Below, piece after piece: positions 111,610-121,530 of a DNA stretch of 248,000 nucleotides. The position numbers were made by a program, and so were the translations under genes. The stretch comes from Hyalangium minutum (lineage in GTDB: Bacteria > Myxococcota > Myxococcia > Myxococcales > Myxococcaceae). The DNA lies in assembly GCF_000737315.1 (NCBI RefSeq), contig NZ_JMCB01000013.1:20001-268000 (forward strand). The letters are read 5' to 3'. Position 1 is the first letter of the stretch. Every line of letters starts with the position of its first letter. Under the pieces are notes generated by a model. The model had not been told where the DNA came from. It made no database searches and saw nothing but the letters and a program-made list of their open reading frames with translations.

Positions 111610-113079
111610 CTATGAGGCGCTCGACGAGGCGCTGGGTGTCGTGGGCGTGGGACGGTTGATGCCAAGTGCGGCCAGAGTGGCAACGAGCCCCGTGGCCGCC
111701 GAGAACCACCACACGTTCCTGAAGGTGTGGTCCGGATCCAGGGGCGCCGCGCCGCTGCCGAGGATGACCACGAAAGCGCTCGTTCCGATGACGAAGCCCA
111801 TCTGTCGCGCCATGTTGACGACGGCGCTTCCCGTCGAGGTCTGATCCCGGGGCAACTCGACGGTGGCCGACGCGAAGATCGTCGGGAGCGCCAGTCCCAT
111901 GCCGACGCCGATGACGAGCCATCCTGGGAGCACGGAGACGGCGAAGGTCGAGGAGGCGTTGGCGCTGGAGAGCAGCAGGAGCGGACCTGCGGCCAGCATC
112001 AGGGTTCCGAGCGCGGCGATGCTCCCAGGGCGGAAGCGCTTGCTCAGCCTCGAGCTGACGGCGGCGAAGATCGGCACCATGCAGGGGCCGGGGGCAATCG
112101 CCAGTCCCGTCTCCAGGGCGGACCAGTGCCAGCGCTGCTCCAGGAACAGGATGACCGAGAGGAGCTCGGCGCCGAAGGCGACGGACAAGAGGAACGCGGA
112201 GACGTTCGACCAGGCGAAGACGCGGTGCCGGAGCAGCGAGAGGTCGAGCACTGGAGAGGGGTGGCGCGCCGATCGGACGAGGAACGCCACGGAGCCCACT
112301 GCCACCACGGCGCAGGAGAGCAGGGTAGGGATCGAGGTCCAGCCCCAGTCGGGGGCCTTGACGAGCCCGAGCGCCAGCGCGCCGGTCGCCACGATCAGGA
112401 TGGCGCCGCCGAGGAGATCGGGGAGCCGCGACGAGGACTCCGGCCGAGGATTCGGAAGGAACCGGAACGCGGCGATGGCCGCAGCCACGCCGATGGGAAG
112501 GTTGATGACGAAGATCCATCGCCAGGAGGAATCGATGAGGAGTCCGCCGATGGCGGGTCCTGCCGCGCCCGCAAGGGACGAGCTCGAGGCCCAAATGCGG
112601 ATGGAGCGGGCCCGCTGCTCGGGGGGCATGGCCGTCAACACGAGCCCCATGCTCGCGGGAGTCAACACGGCGGCCCCGGCGGCCTGAAGGCACCGGAACA
112701 CGACGAGCCACGTCAGATTGTTGCTGAGCGCGCAGCCAAGGCTGGCGAGGGTGAACAGCCCGAGCCCCACGAGGAAGCCTGCTTTGCGGCCGTAGCGGTC
112801 GACGAGCCGGCCTGCGGGCACGAGCAGTGCGCCATAGAAGATGGTGTAGCCATTGAGGACCCAGCTCAGGTCCGACAGCGACGCCTGGCCGACGTCGCGG
112901 CCGATGTCATCGAGCGCGATGTTGACGATGAACATGTCCAGCGCGGCCATGAACACCGACGAGCAGAGGATCAGCAGGACGAGGGCTGGGCGGGCGCTGG
113001 GGCGGGCCAGCGCGTACGGCGAGGAGGAGGAGAGGGCTTCCATGCGCGTGTGAGCCTCCATGAAGGACGCGCCCGGCAA
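111610..113079 (-). CDS. DHA2-type MFS efflux transporter
   Basis: LDMFIVN, GRLVDRYGRK, WRWIFVINLPIG. Confidence 0.9.
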   Translation of the reverse strand: MPGASFMEAHTRMEALSSSSPYALARPSARPALVLLILCSSVFMAALDMFIVNIALDDIGRDVGQASLSDLSWVLNGYTIFYGALLVPAGRLVDRYGRKAGFLVGLGLFTLASLGCALSNNLTWLVVFRCLQAAGAAVLTPASMGLVLTAMPPEQRARSIRIWASSSSLAGAAGPAIGGLLIDSSWRWIFVINLPIGVAAAIAAFRFLPNPRPESSSRLPDLLGGAILIVATGALALGLVKAPDWGWTSIPTLLSCAVVAVGSVAFLVRSARHPSPVLDLSLLRHRVFAWSNVSAFLLSVAFGAELLSVILFLEQRWHWSALETGLAIAPGPCMVPIFAAVSSRLSKRFRPGSIAALGTLMLAAGPLLLLSSANASSTFAVSVLPGWLVIGVGMGLALPTIFASATVELPRDQTSTGSAVVNMARQMGFVIGTSAFVVILGSGAAPLDPDHTFRNVWWFSAATGLVATLAALGINRPTPTTPSASSSAS

Positions 113080-113092
113080 AAAAGCGCGTTAA

Positions 113093-113134
113093 ATGACGGT
113101 CATCATGAATGTGTCTATTCATGTCGGTTATCAT
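113093..113134. promoter_or_regulatory. Two candidate TetR operators between divergent MFS and TetR genes
   Basis: ATGACGGTCATCAT (113093-113106) and ATGTCGGTTATCAT (113121-113134), imperfect dyads. Confidence 0.55.
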
Positions 113135-113169
113135 GTAAGCTGTCAAGCGTTCCTGGGGTGGAGGACGAG

Positions 113170-113775
113170 ATGAAGGTGTCGAGAGAGCAGGCGGAGGCGA
113201 ACCGCGCCCGCATCATCGAAGTGGCCGGAGAACTCTTCCGCGAGAAGGGGTTCGACGGCATCGGGGTGGCCGATCTGATGAAGGCGGCCGGCCTGACGCA
113301 CGGAGGCTTCTACGGTCACTTCAAGTCAAAGGATGACCTCGCCGCGCAGGCCTGCGAGCAAGCGATGGCCGGGACCCTCAAGAAATGGAACAAGTACGTC
113401 GCCGAGTCTTCGGATGAGCCGCTGGCCTTGTTGGTCTCCCAGTACCTGTCGACGCGGCACCGCGACAACCCGAGCAAGGGCTGCCTCTTCGCGAGCCTTG
113501 GGGGGGAGACGGTTCGTCAAAGCTCCACGGTGCGCCGCACGGTCACGGCCGGGCTTCGCTCCATGATCGATCTGCTGACCGGCCTCGTTCCAGGACGGTC
113601 CAAGGCAGCGCGGCGCGAGAAGGCCATCGCCACCATGTCTGGGATGGTGGGAGCGCTGGTTCTCGCCCGCGCGGTGGACGACAACGCCTTGTCCGAGGAA
113701 ATCCTGCGAGCAGCTGTCGCCACATTCGGTCAGAAGCAGACAGCGCGCGCGGAGGAAGAGGCAGGTGCCAGCTGA
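113170..113775 (+). CDS. TetR family regulator
   Basis: GVADLMKAAGLTHGGFYGHFKSK HTH. Confidence 0.92.
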   Translation: MKVSREQAEANRARIIEVAGELFREKGFDGIGVADLMKAAGLTHGGFYGHFKSKDDLAAQACEQAMAGTLKKWNKYVAESSDEPLALLVSQYLSTRHRDNPSKGCLFASLGGETVRQSSTVRRTVTAGLRSMIDLLTGLVPGRSKAARREKAIATMSGMVGALVLARAVDDNALSEEILRAAVATFGQKQTARAEEEAGAS

Positions 113776-113887
113776 TGAAGTGAGGGGCGACTGCCGTGAG
113801 AGTCGCGGTCACCCAGGCGTTCGGTTATGGGGCACGAGTCAACGCCCTCATGCCTGAAGGCGAGGGCCCTCGCTGGGAGTGGTCATC

Positions 113888-114658
113888 ATGGACAAGGTCA
113901 TCGTCATCACGGGAGCGAGCTCGGGCATTGGTGCGGAGTTGGCGCGTCAGGCGGGAGAGAAGGGGGCGAAGCTGGTGCTGGCGGCGCGCCGTCAGCCGGA
114001 GCTGGAGGCGGTTGCGGCCCGCTCGGGGAAGGAGGCGATCGCCGTCGTCACCGATGCCACCCAGCGTGCGGACATGGAACGGCTGCGGGACGCCGCGCTG
114101 CAGCGCTTCGGCCGCATCGACGTCTGGGTGAACAACGCTGGGCGAGGCATCACCCGTCCGGTGTCGGAGCTCACGGACGAGGACCTCGACGTCATGATGC
114201 GGGACAACGTGAAGAGCGCGCTCTACGGCATGCAGGTGGTGCTGCCGCACTTCAAGGCGCGCAACGCGGGGCAGATCCTGAACGTGTCGAGCGGGTTGGC
114301 GCGGCTACCGCTGGCGCCCTTCCGCTCGGCGTACAGCGCGGCCAAGCACGCGCTCAACGGGCTCACCGCGTGTCTGCGCTTGGAGCTGAAGCAGTCGCAC
114401 CCGGGCATCATGGTGAGCGTGGTGATGCCGGGAGTGGTGGCCACGGAGTTCGGCAGCAACGCGCTGGGAGGCGGCCCTGACTCCCGCACGCTGCCCGGGG
114501 CGCAGAGCGTCGAGGACGCCACGAAGGTCATCCTCGACGTCATCGAGAACCCGCAGCCCGAAGCCTACACGCAGCCTCAGATGAAGGCGGACGTCGAGCG
114601 CTACTACCACGATGTCGCGGCCTTCGAGGCGGAGCTCAGCGCTCGCTTCCGGCGCTGA
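113888..114658 (+). CDS. SDR family oxidoreductase
   Basis: TGASSGIG, NNAG, YSAAK. Confidence 0.92.
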   Translation: MDKVIVITGASSGIGAELARQAGEKGAKLVLAARRQPELEAVAARSGKEAIAVVTDATQRADMERLRDAALQRFGRIDVWVNNAGRGITRPVSELTDEDLDVMMRDNVKSALYGMQVVLPHFKARNAGQILNVSSGLARLPLAPFRSAYSAAKHALNGLTACLRLELKQSHPGIMVSVVMPGVVATEFGSNALGGGPDSRTLPGAQSVEDATKVILDVIENPQPEAYTQPQMKADVERYYHDVAAFEAELSARFRR

Positions 114659-114774
114659 GGCGAAGGCACCAGCGGCCCTACGTGCAAGGTGAGAATCGCG
114701 AGGAGGACCCTTGAGGTCCACTCACCCCGCGTGGCTTTTCCCCTGTCAGACCTTCGGGATAGACCGGAGGCTGC

Positions 114775-114984
114775 ATGGGCCACAAGAAGCCACGCCCCCC
114801 GATGGATGTCCCCACGATGTCCGAGGCCGCGCAGTCGCTCTTCGAGGAGCGCGCGGCCATCCGGGAGTTCCTGGGCGGCATGCCGCGCGTGGAGGCCGAG
114901 GCCGCCGCTCGCGAAGACGTGCAGCGGATCCTGGCTGCGGACCGTGCTGCCGCCACCGCCTGGCGCGAGCGCATCAAGTCCTGA
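114775..114984 (+). CDS. Small hypothetical protein
   Basis: FEERAAIREFLGGMPR.EAE motif. Confidence 0.5.
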   Translation: MGHKKPRPPMDVPTMSEAAQSLFEERAAIREFLGGMPRVEAEAAAREDVQRILAADRAAATAWRERIKS

Positions 114985-115065
114985 ACTGGCGCCATGAATG
115001 ACGAAAGCCATCCCCGCGCCAAGCGAGGATGGCCTCCTGTGCGGCTGTGCGGGCGGCGCGTCTCT

Positions 115066-115743
115066 TTAGAAGACGACGGGGAAGTTGAGGCGCTTGGCGT
115101 GCGGGGCCTTCTCGCCGTCGAGCTTCTCCTTGCCGATCTCGTACGAGGCCGCATCCTGGCGGATGTTCACCATCTGCTCCTCGATGAAGTCCACTTCACC
115201 ATCGGCCTTGGCGTCGGCGACGGTCTGGGCGATGTCGGCCTGGTCCGTGAGCAGCGTGTTGGCCTCGGCGCCGGTGAGGGAGCCGTTCCGCACGCCCTGG
115301 GCAATCTGGCCAATCTGCGAGGCCTGCGCCTTGGCCGTGGGGTCACCGGCCGTGCCGCGCGCTCGGTTATGGGTGGCCGCGAACGCGTCGAGCCCCGCCT
115401 GGGTCTGCAGGCGGCGGATGTTGGCGGCCTCCTTCGCGGTGATCACGCCGTCGGCGCCAGCGCGGGCGGTGGTCCCGGCGATCTTCGCCTGCTGGCTCAG
115501 GAGCTTCGAGGCCTCCTTCTCGGTCAGGGCGCCGCTCTTGAGCCCCTTCTGGATGGTGTCGAGCTGGCTGCCCTGGGTGTTGGCCAGCTGCTGCGAGCGC
115601 ACCGGCGTGAGGAACTTGTCCAGCGTGCCCGGCTTCGGCGGAGGAAGCGGCAGCGGCACAGGACGGGGCAGGGTGGGCGACGGCAGCGTCGGCTGGCTGG
115701 GGGTGAGGATGGGACCCGCGACGGAGGAGTTGATCTTGGTCAT
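115066..115743 (-). CDS. Hypothetical protein with Q..I..G..G.LT..EA repeats
   Basis: Pro-rich N-terminus then internal helical repeats. Confidence 0.7.
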   Translation of the reverse strand: MTKINSSVAGPILTPSQPTLPSPTLPRPVPLPLPPPKPGTLDKFLTPVRSQQLANTQGSQLDTIQKGLKSGALTEKEASKLLSQQAKIAGTTARAGADGVITAKEAANIRRLQTQAGLDAFAATHNRARGTAGDPTAKAQASQIGQIAQGVRNGSLTGAEANTLLTDQADIAQTVADAKADGEVDFIEEQMVNIRQDAASYEIGKEKLDGEKAPHAKRLNFPVVF

Positions 115744-115937
115744 GGGAGCGATTTCCGGAAGTGAAGTGACATCGGGATTTTCGGGATTACTCCCAAGGAG
115801 TTGCGTCAGACGGGTCAAAATCTGCCCGGCCCGTGCTGAAGCCACCCCACGTTCTTCTGCCCTGGCTACGGACACCCAGCCGTCCGAGCGGCTTTCCCGG
115901 CATAGCGGCCCCGAGCCGCGTATATCCTCGGAGCCTC

Positions 115938-116684
115938 ATGGCCTACGACGACTTCAAGAGCCGCATCCGTGAGGGCTGGCAGCACACGCTCCACGGAATT
116001 CTGGCGCGTGCCCGCTCGCTCGGCGCGAAGGCTGTGCTGGCGTTCGACCTGGACTCCACGCTCTTCGACAACCGCCCCCGGCAGGCGCGCATCCTCCGGG
116101 AGTTCGGCTCGGCCCGAGGCCTGACCACCTTGGAGGCCTGCGGCGTCGCTCACTGGACCAGCGGGTGGGACATGAAGGTGGCCATGCGCAACTGCGGCTT
116201 GGCCGCCGAGCAAGTCGAGGCCCTCTACGCCGAGGCCCGTGCCTTCTGGGCGCAGCGCTTCTTCACCAGTGAGTACTGCCTGGATGACGTTGCCATCGAT
116301 GGCGCGGCGGCCTTCACGTACGCCGTGGTGGGCACGGGCGCCCAGCTCATCTACGTCACGGGGCGCCACGAGGGGATGCGCGAGGGCACGGTAGGGGCCA
116401 TGCGCCGCTGCGGCCTGGCGCTCCCGGGCGAGGGGGCCACTCACCTCATCATGAAGCCCGCCCTTCGCGACAACGACGACGCCTTCAAGCGCGACGCCCA
116501 CGCGCGGCTGGGCACGCTCGGCCAGGTGATTGCTGCCTTTGACAACGAGCCCACCCACGTCAATGACTACCTGCAGCGTTTCCCCGAGGCGACGGTCATT
116601 CACCTGGCAACGGACCACTCCGGCCGCCCGGTGCAGCTTTTGGAGGCCGTCGTCTCCATTCCTCACTTCACGGGTGGAACATGA
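115938..116684 (+). CDS. HAD family phosphatase-like protein
   Basis: FDLDSTL, YVTGR, FDNE. Confidence 0.78.
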   Translation: MAYDDFKSRIREGWQHTLHGILARARSLGAKAVLAFDLDSTLFDNRPRQARILREFGSARGLTTLEACGVAHWTSGWDMKVAMRNCGLAAEQVEALYAEARAFWAQRFFTSEYCLDDVAIDGAAAFTYAVVGTGAQLIYVTGRHEGMREGTVGAMRRCGLALPGEGATHLIMKPALRDNDDAFKRDAHARLGTLGQVIAAFDNEPTHVNDYLQRFPEATVIHLATDHSGRPVQLLEAVVSIPHFTGGT

Positions 116685-116803
116685 CGCGGTGCGCCTAAGC
116701 CATACTTTGACTTTGAAGTCCCACTGCCGCGCGCTATGAGGCGCACGGCGTTTCAAGCCCCGCTGGTACCTGGCGGGGGACCCTTTCAGGGAGGCAGCTC
116801 GCG

Positions 116804-117925
116804 GTGGCCAGCAAGTACTCGAAAGACCTGCTGTTGACGATGCACCGGAAGATGTACCTCATCCGCCGCTTCGAGGAGCGCACGGACCAGGCCTACAAGC
116901 AGCAGAAGATCGCCGGGTTCTGCCACCTCTACATCGGCCAGGAGGCCGTCGCGGTAGGCACCAATGAGGCGCTTCGTCCGGACGACTACATGCTCTCGGG
117001 CTACCGTGACCACGGTCAGCCGCTGGCCCGTGGCTCGGATGCGGGCATGGTGATGGCGGAGCTGTTCGGCCGCGGCACCGGCTACAGCAAGGGCAAGGGC
117101 GGCTCGATGCACATCTTCGACATCGAGCACCATTTCTACGGGGGCTACGGCATCGTCGGCGGGCAGATTCCGCTGGCCGCCGGCATGGCGTTCGCCAGCC
117201 GCTACCGCAACGAGGATCGCGTCACGGTGTGCTTCTTCGGCGACGCGGCGGCCAACCAGGGCGCCTTCCACGAGACGTTCAACATGGCGGTCAAGTGGAA
117301 GCTGCCGGTCATCTACATCTGCGAGAACAACCGCTACGGCATGGGCACGGCGATTGGCCGCGTGTCGGCGGAGCCGGAGATCTACAAGCGCGCGTCGGCC
117401 TACAAGATGCGCGGCGAGGCCGTGGACGGCATGGACTGCCTGAAGATGTACGAGGCGGTGAAGGACGCCGTCGAGTACTGCCGCGCGGGCAAGGGTCCCG
117501 TGCTGATGGAGGCGAACACGTACCGCTTCCGCGGCCACTCCGTGGTGGACCCCGCCGTTTACCGCTCCAAGGACGAGGTGGAGCACGAGCGCAAGAACGA
117601 TCCGATTCCGAAGCTCAAGGAGTACGCGATCAAGAACAAGCTCGCCACGGAGGCGGAGTTCGACGCCATCGACGAGGAGATCAAGGCCCAGGTGGACGCG
117701 GCGGTGAAGTTCGCCGACGAGTCGCCCGAGCCCAGCCTCGAGGAGCTGTGGCGCGACACCATCGTGGAGCCGGGCGAGGAGGACGTGCGCCCGCGCGAGC
117801 GCGTGCTCGGGACGAAGGTGAAGTGGCCTTCGTACCCCTCGGGGCAGGAGCTGAAGGTGACGTGGGATCTGGAGCCTCGCCAGCAGGCCGAGCGCGAGGA
117901 CAAGAAGGCCGGGCTGGCGCGCTAG
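116804..117925 (+). CDS. pdhA: Pyruvate dehydrogenase E1 alpha
   Basis: GFCHLYIGQEA, GKGGSMH, FGDAAANQG, TYRFRGHS. Confidence 0.95.
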   Translation: MASKYSKDLLLTMHRKMYLIRRFEERTDQAYKQQKIAGFCHLYIGQEAVAVGTNEALRPDDYMLSGYRDHGQPLARGSDAGMVMAELFGRGTGYSKGKGGSMHIFDIEHHFYGGYGIVGGQIPLAAGMAFASRYRNEDRVTVCFFGDAAANQGAFHETFNMAVKWKLPVIYICENNRYGMGTAIGRVSAEPEIYKRASAYKMRGEAVDGMDCLKMYEAVKDAVEYCRAGKGPVLMEANTYRFRGHSVVDPAVYRSKDEVEHERKNDPIPKLKEYAIKNKLATEAEFDAIDEEIKAQVDAAVKFADESPEPSLEELWRDTIVEPGEEDVRPRERVLGTKVKWPSYPSGQELKVTWDLEPRQQAEREDKKAGLAR

Positions 117926-117982
117926 CTGCGCGCCGTGCCTCAACCTCTTATTCACACACGAGCTGACGAGTCGGAGCCAACG

Positions 117983-118969
117983 ATGCCCGAGTTGATGTAC
118001 CGCGAGGCGCTGAACCAGGCGCTCGCCGAGGAGATGGAGCGCGACGCCAACGTCTTCCTCATTGGTGAGGAAGTGGGCCGCTACAACGGCGCGTTCAAGG
118101 TGTCCCAGGGGCTGCTGGATCGGTTTGGAAGCGCGCGCATCATCGACGCGCCCATCTCCGAGCTGGGCTTTGCCGGCCTGGGCGTGGGCGCGGCCATGGT
118201 GGGCCTGCGTCCCATCGTGGAGATGATGACGTGGAACTTCGCCATCCTGGCGATGGACCAGATCGTCAACAACGCGGCCAAGCTGCGGCACATGTCCGGA
118301 GGCCAGCTGCGCTGCCCGATCGTGTTCCGCGGCCCGGGTGGCGCGGGCGGCCGGCTCTCCAGCCAGCACAGCCAGGCACTCGAAGCCAACTACGCCCACT
118401 TCCCGGGCCTCAAGGTGATTGCCCCGGCCACGCCCGCGGACGCCAAGGGCATGCTCAAGTCGGCCATCCGCGATGACAACCCCGTCATCATGTTCGAGGG
118501 CGAGCGCCTCTACGCCATCAAGGGCGAGGTGCCCGAGGGCGAGCACGTCGTCCCCATCGGCAAGGCGGACGTGAAGCGCGAGGGCAAGGACGTCTCCATC
118601 ATCACCTGGAGCCGCATGTACTACTTCGCCGAGCAGGCCGCGCAGCAGCTGGAGCAGGAGGGCATCTCCGCGGAGATCCTCGACCTGCGCACGCTGCGGC
118701 CGCTCGACGAGGAGGCCATCCTGGCCACGGTGCGCAAGACGAACCGCGCCGTCATCGTGGAGGAGGGTTGGTCGCTGGCGGGCGTGGGCGCCTCGGTGGT
118801 GGACATCATCCAGTCCAAGGCGTTTGACGAGCTGGACGCGCCGGTGCAGCGCGTGACGGGACTGGACGTGAACATGTCCTACGCCACGAACCTGGAGAAC
118901 GCGACCCAGCCGGACGCCGCGAAGATCATCGCCGCGGTGAAGAAGGTCCTCTACCGAGAGGGAGCCTGA
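117983..118969 (+). CDS. pdhB: Pyruvate dehydrogenase E1 beta
   Basis: GEEVG.YNGAFKV, DAPISE, DLRTLRPLD. Confidence 0.95.
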   Translation: MPELMYREALNQALAEEMERDANVFLIGEEVGRYNGAFKVSQGLLDRFGSARIIDAPISELGFAGLGVGAAMVGLRPIVEMMTWNFAILAMDQIVNNAAKLRHMSGGQLRCPIVFRGPGGAGGRLSSQHSQALEANYAHFPGLKVIAPATPADAKGMLKSAIRDDNPVIMFEGERLYAIKGEVPEGEHVVPIGKADVKREGKDVSIITWSRMYYFAEQAAQQLEQEGISAEILDLRTLRPLDEEAILATVRKTNRAVIVEEGWSLAGVGASVVDIIQSKAFDELDAPVQRVTGLDVNMSYATNLENATQPDAAKIIAAVKKVLYREGA

Positions 118970-118974
118970 GACGT

Positions 118975-120582
118975 ATGGCCAAGCCCATCGAGATGCCGTC
119001 GCTCTCCCCGACCATGACGGAGGGGAAGATCGTCAAGTGGCTCAAGAAGGTGGGGGACAAAGTCTCCTCCGGTGAGGCAGTCGCCGAGGTGGAGACCGAC
119101 AAGTCCAACCTCGAGATCGAAGCCTACGACGACGGCGTTCTGCTCCAGATTGCCGTGGCCGAAGGCCAGATGGCCAAGGTCGGTGCCCCCATCGCCTACC
119201 TGGGCGCCAAGGGCGAGAAGGTCGAGGCCGGTGCGGCCTCCGCGCCTGCTCCCGCCGCTCCGAAGGCTCCGGCCGCCGCGCCCGCTCCGGCTCCGGCTCC
119301 GGCAGCCCCGGCTGCTTCTGCTCCGGCCGCGGGCGGTGAGGGGATCCCGGTCCCCATGCCATCGCTCTCCCCGACGATGACCGAGGGGAAGATCATCAAG
119401 TGGCTCAAGAAGGTGGGCGACAAGGTGTCGTCCGGTGAGGCCATCGCCGAGGTGGAGACCGACAAGTCCAACCTCGAGATCGAGTCCTACGAGGACGGCA
119501 CGCTCGCGAAGATCGTCGTGGGCGAGAACCAGATGGCGAAGGTGGGCGCTCCCATCGCGTTCATCGCGGGCAAGGGCGGCAAGGCGGCGGCTTCCGCGCC
119601 TCAGGCCTCCGCACCCGCGCCTGCGGCGGCTCCTGCTCCTGCGGCTCCCAAGGCCGAGGCGCCCAAGGCTGCCGCGCCCGCAGCGGCTCCTGCGGCTTCG
119701 AAGGGTGGCCGTGTCCGGGCCAGCCCGCTCGCGAAGCGGATGGCGAAGGACCGGGGCATCGACCTGGCTGCGCTGCAGGGCTCGGGTCCGCTCGGCCGCG
119801 TCGTGAAGCGTGACATCGAGCAGGCGCTGGCTCAGGGCGTGCCCGCGAAGCAGGCTCCGGCGGCGGCTCCGGCCAAGGCGGCGCGTGCGGCTCCGGGCGT
119901 CCGGCCCGAGCCGCAGGTGGTGCCGATCTCGTCGATGCGCAAGGTGATCGCCCAGCGCATGAACGAGGTGAAGCCCGGCGTGCCCCACTTCTACCTGACG
120001 GTGGACGTGGAGATGGACGCGGCGATGAAGATCCGCGAGGAGGCCAAGGCACTGGAGTCCAAGGTCTCCGTCAACGACATCATCGTGAAGGCGGCGGCCA
120101 TCGCGCTGAAGCGCTACCCGAAGATCAACGTGTCTCTGCAGGGCGACAAGATCCTGCAGTACGCCACGGCGGACGTGGGTATCGCGGTGGCGCTGGAGGA
120201 GGGGCTCATCACGCCCATCATCCGGGATGCGGACCAGAAGGGCCTCTCGGCGATCTCCGCCGAGTCCCGCGAGCTGGCCGAGCGCGCCCGCAAGCGGGCC
120301 CTCAAGCCGGACGAGTACACCGGTGGCTCGCTCACGGTGAGCAACCTGGGCATGTACGGCATCGACCAGTTCGTGGCCGTCATCAACCCGCCGCAGGCTT
120401 CCATCCTCGCGGTGGGCGCGGTGGCGGACAAGCCGGTGGTGCGTGACGGGCAGATCCTCGTGCGGAAGATCCTCACGGTGACGCTCTCGTGCGATCACCG
120501 CGTGATCGACGGCGCCATCGGCGCGGAGTACCTGCGCGAGTTCAAGACGCTGCTCGAGCACCCGATGCGCCTGTTGTTCTAG
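118975..120582 (+). CDS. pdhC: Dihydrolipoamide acetyltransferase E2 (two lipoyl domains)
   Basis: ETDKS twice, ASPLA, DHRVIDG. Confidence 0.95.
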   Translation: MAKPIEMPSLSPTMTEGKIVKWLKKVGDKVSSGEAVAEVETDKSNLEIEAYDDGVLLQIAVAEGQMAKVGAPIAYLGAKGEKVEAGAASAPAPAAPKAPAAAPAPAPAPAAPAASAPAAGGEGIPVPMPSLSPTMTEGKIIKWLKKVGDKVSSGEAIAEVETDKSNLEIESYEDGTLAKIVVGENQMAKVGAPIAFIAGKGGKAAASAPQASAPAPAAAPAPAAPKAEAPKAAAPAAAPAASKGGRVRASPLAKRMAKDRGIDLAALQGSGPLGRVVKRDIEQALAQGVPAKQAPAAAPAKAARAAPGVRPEPQVVPISSMRKVIAQRMNEVKPGVPHFYLTVDVEMDAAMKIREEAKALESKVSVNDIIVKAAAIALKRYPKINVSLQGDKILQYATADVGIAVALEEGLITPIIRDADQKGLSAISAESRELAERARKRALKPDEYTGGSLTVSNLGMYGIDQFVAVINPPQASILAVGAVADKPVVRDGQILVRKILTVTLSCDHRVIDGAIGAEYLREFKTLLEHPMRLLF

Positions 120583-120648
120583 TCCCGAAGCAGGGCCGCC
120601 ATGCTCACGCGCGTGGCGGCCCGGCTGGGCCCGGTGCTTCTCAGCAAC

Positions 120649-120870
120649 TCAGCTCCGGGTCTCTTCGTCTTCCTCGTCGATGTCGCGCTCGAGACGGCGC
120701 TGGGCCTCGGTGACGTCGGCCTGCACTTCGCGCGGCGTGCCGGTGGGCAGCTCCTCCTCGTGCTCCTTCGAACGGCCCTGGATGCCAGGCCATGGCTCCG
120801 GCCGGGTCGCCTGGACGTGATCGATGTGCTCCACGTAGCCCTTGTCCTTCTTGTCCTTCTTCTCCATCAC
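120649..120870 (-). CDS. Small acidic hypothetical protein
   Basis: 73 aa, GGAGG RBS. Confidence 0.5.
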   Translation of the reverse strand: MMEKKDKKDKGYVEHIDHVQATRPEPWPGIQGRSKEHEEELPTGTPREVQADVTEAQRRLERDIDEEDEETRS

Positions 120871-121018
120871 CGCCTCCTTCCACGTGTCCGTAGAGATACG
120901 GTGAGGTGGGAAGGTGGGGTAGCAACGGGACTGCCGGTGGAGGGCTTGCTGGGTTGCCTGCTCTCCGGGCGATGAAAAAAGCCCGCAATCGAGCCGTCAC
121001 CTGCTTAACTTCTCCTCA

Positions 121019-121324
121019 ATGAACGACGACATGACACGGGCCCGGTCCACCGAAGGCGATGGTGGGTTGGGGGCACGTGCGAAGCCGGCCCCTTCGCTCG
121101 CATCCTCGCTGCGGCAGGCGCTCCAGGGCGCGGTGTTCCCGCTCTCGCGGGAGCATCTGGTTCTGGTGGCCCGAGAGAACGCCGCTCCCGCCGAGCTCCT
121201 CACGCTGATGTCGGGGCTGCCCAGTGGCGAGTTCCGCTCTCTCGAGGCTGTGGAGTTCTCGCTCGAGGGCGCCGTGCAGCACAGGGCCCGTGCGCTGCAC
121301 GAGTCCGGTAGCAACGAGCGCTGA
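121019..121324 (+). CDS. DUF2795-like protein
   Basis: L.GA.FP.SREHL...A pattern. Confidence 0.6.
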   Translation: MNDDMTRARSTEGDGGLGARAKPAPSLASSLRQALQGAVFPLSREHLVLVARENAAPAELLTLMSGLPSGEFRSLEAVEFSLEGAVQHRARALHESGSNER

Positions 121325-121530
121325 GGCGCTGCTGCTCCGCTCCTGAGCCAGCGGCCGTGCTTCGCACGGACCGTTTCGGCGGGGTACGCGGGGCTTGAGA
121401 CGCGGCGCGTCACGATCAGTGATCACTCCCGCGAGCATGTGAAGGGGAGGGGGATGCGCTGGCGGGTGGTAGCGGTATCCTGTCGTCATCCTCACCGGGT
121501 TACTCCTCCGCCCGGGCCGGAACCCCATCC

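Noticed and set aside
116804-120582. PDH operon lacking E3, and near-identical duplicated lipoyl segments
   Set aside because: A shared E3 encoded elsewhere and multi-lipoyl E2 subunits are both common.
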